Assembly: GCA_043815245.1 (NCBI GenBank)
Contig: JBDRJD010000014.1
Coordinates: 14,986 to 78,985, forward strand
Direction of reading: 5' to 3'
Length of the DNA: 64,000 nt
DNA from: an archaeon
Lineage (GTDB): Archaea > Nanobdellota > Nanobdellia > Pacearchaeales > GW2011-AR1
Below the pieces are notes generated by a model. It saw nothing but the letters and a program-made list of their open reading frames with translations, was not told the origin of the DNA and made no database searches. Positions within the stretch are counted from its first letter, which is position 1. Each line of letters opens with the position of its first letter. Both the position numbers and the translations under genes were made by a program. Positions 57,655-64,000 of this stretch are shown here, in pieces.

Positions 57655-58148
57655 ATGAAAAAATAGTTATTGTAAATAAAAAGGATGAAGTTATAGGTTA
57701 CAAAGACAGGGAGCTGGCTGAAAAAGATATCTACAGGGTTTCGGCATTATGGATTAAAAATTCTAAAAACGAGTTTTTATTAGCCAGAAGAGCTTATACA
57801 AAAAGCCATAGTCCAGGAAAATGGGGGCCAGCTGTTGCAGGAACTGTTGAAAAGGGGGAAACTTATAAAAAGAATATGATTAAAGAAGTTAAAGAAGAAC
57901 TTGGATTAGAAAGTTTAAATCTAGTAAAAGGTCCAAAGTTATATCATGAAAAAGAGCATAGGTATTTTGTGCAGTGGTTTTTATTAGTAATTGATAGAGA
58001 AATTTCCAAGTTTAGATTTGATAAAAAAGAGGTGGCTGAAATAAAGTGGTTTTCTAAAAAAGAATTTTTAAATCAAATAAATAGTAACCCGGAAGAGTTT
58101 ATCCCAAGTATTGAGGGATACTCCCATTTGTTTCAAGATGAAATTTGA
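57651..58148 (+). CDS. Nudix hydrolase (IDI-like subgroup)
   Basis: PGKWGPAVAGTVEKGETY...KEVKEELG. Confidence 0.88.
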   Translation: MNEKIVIVNKKDEVIGYKDRELAEKDIYRVSALWIKNSKNEFLLARRAYTKSHSPGKWGPAVAGTVEKGETYKKNMIKEVKEELGLESLNLVKGPKLYHEKEHRYFVQWFLLVIDREISKFRFDKKEVAEIKWFSKKEFLNQINSNPEEFIPSIEGYSHLFQDEI

Positions 58149-58983
58149 CTATAAAAAGTACAATGAGGAAAAGTACGAGCAGGATTTTTGGACGATTAAT
58201 AGGTCAAAATATAAGTGGTTTAGCAACTATGTGAGACTGAAGATATTTAAAAAGTGGTGTTTAAGTGTAAAAAATAAAGGGGCATTTCTTGATGTTGGAG
58301 GAGGTGTAGGAAACTGGGCATTTCATTTTTTGGATTATTTTGAAAAAGTGATTGTGCTCGATATTTCAAAGAAAGCTCTGGAAAAAATTCCTGAAAAAGA
58401 GATAATAAAAAAGCAGGGGAGTGCTGATAAGATTCCTTTAAAGTCCAAGACAGTGGACTGCATTCTTTTAGCAGATGTATTGGAACATATACATCCTTCT
58501 GATTTGAATAAAGTTATGAAAGAGCTAAAAAGAGTTTTAAAAGATAATGGGAGGATAGTGATTCAAACTTCACTCTATGGTTATGGGATAGGGTTGGTTT
58601 TTAAGCGTGTTTTCAAAAAAATGAACGGTAGGTTGATGAAGTCTGAGATGAAGGAGGGGCATTTAAACAGGCTGAAATTTAATGAGATTAAAAGCCTTGC
58701 AAAAAAGAATGGGTTAATAATTGAAGACTATCTTTTTTACAGTATAATTTTTCAGCAACTAACTGACTTTATCAAAGACTTAACAGCAAAAGCCATGAGC
58801 AAGGAGAGTAAGCATATAAGAAAGGGTCAGGAATTAAAAGATAGGTTGAAAAAAGTTGAAAAACCAAGTAAGGTATTTAGAATGATATTTGGAACTTTCT
58901 CAAGAATATCTTACTTAGATATCATACTATTTGGGAAAATTTTGCCAGGACAGGGAATCTTCTTAAAACTAAGAAAGAATTAG
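58138..58983 (+). CDS. Class I SAM-dependent methyltransferase
   Basis: LDVGGGVG, LDIS, DVLEHI, RVLKDNG. Confidence 0.9.
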   Translation: MKFDYKKYNEEKYEQDFWTINRSKYKWFSNYVRLKIFKKWCLSVKNKGAFLDVGGGVGNWAFHFLDYFEKVIVLDISKKALEKIPEKEIIKKQGSADKIPLKSKTVDCILLADVLEHIHPSDLNKVMKELKRVLKDNGRIVIQTSLYGYGIGLVFKRVFKKMNGRLMKSEMKEGHLNRLKFNEIKSLAKKNGLIIEDYLFYSIIFQQLTDFIKDLTAKAMSKESKHIRKGQELKDRLKKVEKPSKVFRMIFGTFSRISYLDIILFGKILPGQGIFLKLRKN

Positions 58984-60096
58984 TTTCTCTATTTTGCCGA
59001 TTAGAATATCCCATCTAAACTCTTCAGCTTTTATTCTCGCTTGTTTTTGTATTTCTTTTATTCTTCGTAAGTTTTTTTTAGCTAAAATAAATAAAATCAC
59101 TTCAGATAGATTTTTTTCATCTCCGGTTTTAAACAAAAAACCGTCTTTCTTATCAGAGATTATCTCCTTTCCTGCTTTATTATCTGAAGAGATGACTATT
59201 TTACCGACAGCCATTGCTTCCACTAGGGCTTGGGGCATTGCCTCAGAAATAGATGGTAAAACAAAAATGTCAGTATTCCTCAAGGCATCAACACGCTCCC
59301 GTAGGGAGTATACTGGGGGGAAGAACCTTAGATTCCTGATTTTTAATTTGGAGGCTAAATTTTTAAGGTTACTAGTGCAAGGCTGTTCTTGGGGCCCAGT
59401 TATTTTAAGCTTTAGTTGGGGATACTCGGTTGAAACCAATTTAAAGGATTTGATAAGTGTTTCAAGATTTTTTATGTTTGCTATTCTTCCAAAAAATAAA
59501 ATTGAGTCCCCATTAAATTGCGAAATTTTTGGTTTAAAAAATTCTTTTGGGATGCCATTTGGAACATAACTTATTTTTTCTTTCTTTGCTCCGAGAGCCA
59601 AGAGAAAGGGGGCCTCCCACTTAGTAATTGTGATAATCCTGTCAAACTCATTTAGTATTCTCCTAGCAATAAATTTATCATAAATTGAAACTGCCACTTT
59701 AGAAAAAAATGAACGTGTTGAGTTCCCTTCAATAAATGGGGCGTGCGTCACAAGAAAAACTTTGGCATTTATTTTTTTCGCTATTTTTAGTGCTTTAGTA
59801 GTATGCAGGTGCCTGTAACTGTGGGCAATGATGATATCCGGCCTTAACTTAATTGCTTCTGCAGTAAAGTCCCAGGACATAAAACTTTCCCCCCCTAATT
59901 TTTTAGTTGGAAATCGCTTTATTTTAACTCTTCCTAGAGTATCTTCAGGTAAAGCAAGCTCGCCAGAACCTTTTGTAATATCTGAGGAAAAAATATAAAC
60001 CTCATATTTTTTAGATAAAAGCTCTGCTTCTTGTTTGACTCTTTGCCAAACACCGCAAACTCCTGCTGAATAGTTGGTTAGTTCTAAAATTCTCAT
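58969..60096 (-). CDS. GT4 glycosyltransferase
   Basis: VPNGI, FGRI, EAMPQALVEAMA. Confidence 0.92.
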   Translation of the reverse strand: MRILELTNYSAGVCGVWQRVKQEAELLSKKYEVYIFSSDITKGSGELALPEDTLGRVKIKRFPTKKLGGESFMSWDFTAEAIKLRPDIIIAHSYRHLHTTKALKIAKKINAKVFLVTHAPFIEGNSTRSFFSKVAVSIYDKFIARRILNEFDRIITITKWEAPFLLALGAKKEKISYVPNGIPKEFFKPKISQFNGDSILFFGRIANIKNLETLIKSFKLVSTEYPQLKLKITGPQEQPCTSNLKNLASKLKIRNLRFFPPVYSLRERVDALRNTDIFVLPSISEAMPQALVEAMAVGKIVISSDNKAGKEIISDKKDGFLFKTGDEKNLSEVILFILAKKNLRRIKEIQKQARIKAEEFRWDILIGKIEKLILS

Positions 60097-61161
60097 TTAT
60101 GATTCTCCTTTTAATAATGCATCTATCGCTTTTTTAACTTTTTCTGTAGGTATTTTTCTGACTTTTTTGTTAAAGATAAGGGTATAGTTATGGGGGTGCT
60201 GCCAGGGATGCCATGTTTCAGGATAAGTGCAAAATAATGCAACTGTTTTAGTTTTAGATGCGGCTGCGAAATGGATAGCTGAAGTATCTATGCTGACTAG
60301 AATTTTAGACTTTGAAATAAGGGAAGCATATTCATTAATTTTTAACTTCCCGGTGAAGTCATAAACTTTTTCAGTTTTGTCTAAATTACTAATTATATTT
60401 TTAGCAATAAGTGAATCTTCGCTTGAACCGCCGATTATTACTGGGAGGGCATGTTTTTTGTTAAGATGATTTACAATTTCCGCAAACTTTTTCTCGTCCC
60501 ATAAATAATTTTTCCCTGCCAAGGAACGCTTGCCCGGATGAATTATTGCAAAATTCCTAATTTTGTTTTTCCTGAGGAGCGAGTCAACTTTCAGCCCATC
60601 TTTTTTAGAAGGAAAAGTCTCCATTAAAATATCTTTGGAGGTAACCTTCAAGTACTTAGCAGGAAAAAGATTCTCTTTAACTTTGTGAACTTCACGTAAA
60701 GAAGGAAAGATACACCTAGTTAAAAAGAAGGAGTTAATATTAGCATAAGCGGTCTGAGCGTAACCAATTCTGTAAGTAATCTTAGCTTTGAGAAGTGTTA
60801 TAAACATTTTAAGTGAGCAGGGGTAGATCGTAATTGCTAATTGATATTTTTGATGAATCTTCTTTTCAAAAGCGGGATAGTTCTCAAAAACTAGTATTTT
60901 GTTAATATGAGGATTATTTTGAAGGATAGTCTCCATTCCGGACCTTACAGCGACATCGATTTTATAACTTTTGGAGAGGCACTTGATTAGGGGGGTTGTC
61001 GCGAGTAAGTCACCTATAAAACCAAGATTAACAATTAGAATAGACTTGATTGGACTTTTAGAAATTTTTTTGAACTTAAATGGAGAGAATATAAGCCATA
61101 CTAAGTAGTTAATTAATTGGAAAGTCTTTCTTCTTATTTTTTTAAGTGTCTCGGGGGACAT
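60097..61161 (-). CDS. GT9 (heptosyltransferase family)
   Basis: GFIGDLLATTP, IHPG, SIDTSAIHFAAA. Confidence 0.9.
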   Translation of the reverse strand: MSPETLKKIRRKTFQLINYLVWLIFSPFKFKKISKSPIKSILIVNLGFIGDLLATTPLIKCLSKSYKIDVAVRSGMETILQNNPHINKILVFENYPAFEKKIHQKYQLAITIYPCSLKMFITLLKAKITYRIGYAQTAYANINSFFLTRCIFPSLREVHKVKENLFPAKYLKVTSKDILMETFPSKKDGLKVDSLLRKNKIRNFAIIHPGKRSLAGKNYLWDEKKFAEIVNHLNKKHALPVIIGGSSEDSLIAKNIISNLDKTEKVYDFTGKLKINEYASLISKSKILVSIDTSAIHFAAASKTKTVALFCTYPETWHPWQHPHNYTLIFNKKVRKIPTEKVKKAIDALLKGES

Positions 61162-61215
61162 ATATGTTCGAATGTGATAAGGTTTATATAGGTTTTTAGT
61201 ATCTGCCTTTTATAA

Positions 61216-62322
61216 ATGGTAGAAAGATTCTATAATCTAGATCCGAGAAAAATAAAGATAGTTAACTTGATTCCTATTGGGCGATCCAGCTCTATATTTT
61301 TACAAGGCTTATTGGATTGGCATCCAGAAATAATCACAATTTTAGGAAATTTCTATCCTGAGAAAAGTGACTTGCAGAGTAGACGGTTTGAGGTTATTGC
61401 CAAGAAGATATATGGGAAGATAAATGCGATGACTAAACATTATAATACTACCTATGATTTGGGAAGAAACTTTCCTGAGGGGAAATTTGCCGGTTACTTG
61501 AAAGAGTATACAGATGTCTTTGGAATGAGTATCGGGTCTTTGTTTATTGGGGCACACTATGCATATGCTAGGCATTATAAAAGGGATATTTCCAAGATAA
61601 AGTATATTCTTGCCCATGCGCATGGGGCGACTTTATTTCACCAAATTGTAAAAGACTTTCCCAAGCAGAAACTGATTTTTACAATAAGAGATCCTAGAGC
61701 TAATTACCTTTCATATAAAAAAATTGGAATATTGGTTCACGGAACACTATATCAATATGAAAATTATCTTTTGTATAGAAAACTAAAAAAAATAGGATAT
61801 CCAATAATTATAATTAGGCATGAGGATATGCATACAAAATATGAAGAGGTTAAAAAGGGACTAATTGAATTTTTAGGTATTAAAAAGTCCAAGAGTTTAG
61901 ATTCCTGTAGTTTTTTTAATCTGGCTTATGATGGTAGTGAGAGTAAAATAAGCTCAAGTCAAAATCTTTCTGATACGCGGCCTAATAAAAAGTTCGTGAA
62001 TGAGAAGTGGAAATCAGATTTGTCTACCTCAGAATTAAACCTAATTCAGTTTATTTTTCGTAAAATGATGGAGGAATTTAAGTATCGGAAGTATTATTCA
62101 GGGGGGGAAATAGTAATAAAATTTCTTAATACTGATGTTAGGAGCTTATCGAGAAGCAATTTAGAATCTAAAAAAGGAATAAAAAAATTTCTGCTCACTT
62201 TTGCAAGGTTTATTTATCAAATTCCCATACTTGGAATAATATTAATTGATATTAGTTTATTGCTGTACTACTTTTTTATGATCATTCTAGCAATTCTAAA
62301 AGTTATTGTGAAAAAAGTTTAG
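61216..62322 (+). CDS. Sulfotransferase-fold protein with C-terminal TM
   Basis: 5'-PSB-like GRSSSIFLQGLLDWHPEI, 3'-PB-like IRDPRANYLS, IRHED. Confidence 0.8.
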   Translation: MVERFYNLDPRKIKIVNLIPIGRSSSIFLQGLLDWHPEIITILGNFYPEKSDLQSRRFEVIAKKIYGKINAMTKHYNTTYDLGRNFPEGKFAGYLKEYTDVFGMSIGSLFIGAHYAYARHYKRDISKIKYILAHAHGATLFHQIVKDFPKQKLIFTIRDPRANYLSYKKIGILVHGTLYQYENYLLYRKLKKIGYPIIIIRHEDMHTKYEEVKKGLIEFLGIKKSKSLDSCSFFNLAYDGSESKISSSQNLSDTRPNKKFVNEKWKSDLSTSELNLIQFIFRKMMEEFKYRKYYSGGEIVIKFLNTDVRSLSRSNLESKKGIKKFLLTFARFIYQIPILGIILIDISLLLYYFFMIILAILKVIVKKV

Positions 62323-63769
62323 AGATAAGCTTTTCATTAATATAATCTTCACATCCTGCTCTTTCAGGATGCCACATTACACCTAAGATGTCTAGGGTGG
62401 GGTGATAAACTCCCTCTATATATCCGTCGGAAGTTGTTGCAAAGCTTCTAAGCTCTCTTGAAAGTACTTCTGTAGAAACGCAATGATTATGAAAAGAGTT
62501 TACTGTAAAATTTTCATTGCCTAAAAATGTCTGAAATCCGGAATCGGCTATTTCTATAGGATGTGTTTTAGCGACATGATCTTCTTTACCAGCTCCTTGC
62601 AGGAGTTTTCCCCCAAAATAAACATTAAGAAATTGCATTCCTCTGCACTGGCACAGAACAGGTAACTTATGTTTAATTGCAAAATCTAGAATTTTCTTCT
62701 CTGTTGAATCGCGAAAATCTGAATGGTCAGAAGATTCAGATCTCAGACCATGGTATAAAGTGGGATTTACATCATTGCCTCCAGAGAGGATAAACCCGGA
62801 AACATCCAGTTCCTTAAGATATTCTTCTACATCTTGAAGAGTATTTGGTACAGGAATGAGGATCAATCCGTATTTAGAGTAATATTTTGCATAGTCTTGT
62901 TCTAAAGCATCTTTATCAGCCCCTTTATCGGCGCGGACTACTCTTTGAGAGATAGCAATTTTTTTTGTTGTGTTTTGTATCTCATCTAACTTAACAAATC
63001 TTTTTAAGATACCTTGTTGCAGCCATTTTGTATAGTTTTCATAGTCCTCATTTGTATCAAACTCCAGCCAGCCGCGCTTAATCAAAATTGGTGAAACTTT
63101 GTAACCCTCATTAACCAAGGCTTGAAGTATGCAGGTCATATAAGCTTTTTTAAATGACTTGGATCTTAACCAGGGGGAGTCTTTATCCCAAAATTTTTCT
63201 CTATTCTTATGATAAACTTTTTTTAGGGCTTCTGCTCCAGATTTTGAGAATTTGATTAGGCCCACATAACGCACTTTAGCTTGGCTTCTTGAGCAAGAAG
63301 TGTTCCCAAGGTCTACAACCTCTCCATCTCTATCAATGATAAGACTTTCCATATCTTCTTCTGGGTTTGGCATCCTAGCACTCCAATAGTCCCAGTAGTC
63401 TTCATCGATTGTAACACCAATATCTACTTTTGAGGCTAGTACTTTATCAAGAACTTTTTTTTCGTAGAGGATATCAGAGTAACAAACTAAAATATCATCA
63501 TTAAACTCAGGCTCGGCTTGCATTAAGGAAGCTACCATGTTAGTTTCTTCATAAAGAGGGTTATGGTAGTATTTTACTCCAGAAATCTGGATTTTCTCTT
63601 TCATATATCCTGTAACAATGATAATGTCCTTTATGCCCGCTTCACGAAGAAGCTCGACCTGCCGTTCAATTAGAGGCTGGCCATTAAAGTTTAGCATGCC
63701 TTTTGGGAGATTTTCTGTGTATTTGTTTAATCGAGTTCCCTTACCTGCTGCAAGAATTATTGCTTTCAT
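62303..63769 (-). CDS. Fusion of LicC/Cj1416-like cytidylyltransferase and Cj1417-like gamma-glutamyl hydrolase (class I GATase)
   Basis: ILAAGKGTRL...PKGM, TNM, YSDI, WLEFD; then IAISQR, ILSGGND, CRGMQ, NSFH, MWHPER. Confidence 0.88.
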   Translation of the reverse strand: MKAIILAAGKGTRLNKYTENLPKGMLNFNGQPLIERQVELLREAGIKDIIIVTGYMKEKIQISGVKYYHNPLYEETNMVASLMQAEPEFNDDILVCYSDILYEKKVLDKVLASKVDIGVTIDEDYWDYWSARMPNPEEDMESLIIDRDGEVVDLGNTSCSRSQAKVRYVGLIKFSKSGAEALKKVYHKNREKFWDKDSPWLRSKSFKKAYMTCILQALVNEGYKVSPILIKRGWLEFDTNEDYENYTKWLQQGILKRFVKLDEIQNTTKKIAISQRVVRADKGADKDALEQDYAKYYSKYGLILIPVPNTLQDVEEYLKELDVSGFILSGGNDVNPTLYHGLRSESSDHSDFRDSTEKKILDFAIKHKLPVLCQCRGMQFLNVYFGGKLLQGAGKEDHVAKTHPIEIADSGFQTFLGNENFTVNSFHNHCVSTEVLSRELRSFATTSDGYIEGVYHPTLDILGVMWHPERAGCEDYINEKLISKLFSQ

Positions 63770-63770
63770 A

Positions 63771-64000
63771 TTAACTTATCCCTGTAATTTGCTGAGTAGC
63801 ACAATTTAATTCAATTTTTTTAAAATTACGAACATAATCGAAAATTGTAGAGCCACAACCAATGGCTGCTGGAAGGTTGAATTCTGCGCATCTAATTGAC
63901 ATGTGAGAGGCCACACCCCCATATTTTGTTAATAATCCTTTGATGTTATGGCCAAACACCCAGTCATAACCAGGATCGGCGTTGGTAATTAGAACAATCT
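63771..64000 (-). CDS. 3' end of a Cj1418-like L-glutamine kinase (PEP-utiliser phospho-His domain), partial
   Basis: Frame open to window edge: IVLITNADPGYDWVFG...LTKYGGVASHMSIRCAEFNLPAAIGCG. Confidence 0.85.
   Translation of the reverse strand, partial: IVLITNADPGYDWVFGHNIKGLLTKYGGVASHMSIRCAEFNLPAAIGCGSTIFDYVRNFKKIELNCATQQITGIS

Noticed and set aside
62101..62107. G7 tract as a Campylobacter-style phase-variation switch
   Set aside because: Short and in frame; similar G runs occur in housekeeping genes such as AMP phosphorylase and the M50 protease.
1146..63809. Many antisense or alternate-frame ORFs (e.g. 1969-2562, 3841-4245, 22324-22722, 58994-59569)
   Set aside because: They shadow well-supported genes and have Ser/Phe/Leu-rich composition typical of reverse-complemented Lys/Glu codons.
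1..64000. Mobile elements, integrases next to tRNAs, rRNA genes, CRISPR arrays
   Set aside because: No transposase, integrase, att duplication, rRNA-like segment or repeat array was seen.

Overview
AT-rich archaeal chromosome segment. Gene content and divergence point to a DPANN archaeon, most like Pacearchaeota/Woesearchaeota (inference). Bases ~1-34 kb are housekeeping: dph2, sepF, prefoldins, rpoP, ftsZ, secE/secY, spt5, aIF5A, taw1, the L1-L10-L12 operon, the S10/spc ribosomal-protein superoperon, tRNA-Pro(UGG) and tRNA-Ser(UGA), a very sequon-rich surface protein and a ribose-1,5-bisphosphate isomerase; AMP phosphorylase follows at 38 kb. Bases ~39.6-64 kb are a surface-glycosylation locus built around aglB, aglH and a flippase. 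It also carries a bacterial-type NDP-heptose route (gmhA, gmhB, hldE, two GT9s). At the right edge is a Campylobacter-type phosphoramidate pathway (Cj1418-like glutamine kinase plus a fused Cj1416/Cj1417-like enzyme) converging on a sulfotransferase-fold gene. Best candidate for a new system: a heptose- and phosphoramidate-decorated archaeal surface glycan, possibly using a sulfotransferase fold as the phosphoramidate transferase. Other highlights: an unannotated 22-aa Lys/Ala micro-protein with its own promoter, SD and terminator; a circularly permuted uL1-binding site over the rpl1 SD; a truncated aIF5A paralog; a SelO-like kinase-fold protein; a CARF-like/wHTH divergent pair; symmetric bidirectional TATA boxes; and apparently leaderless tRNAs. 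All calls come from motif recognition by eye, with no searches run.
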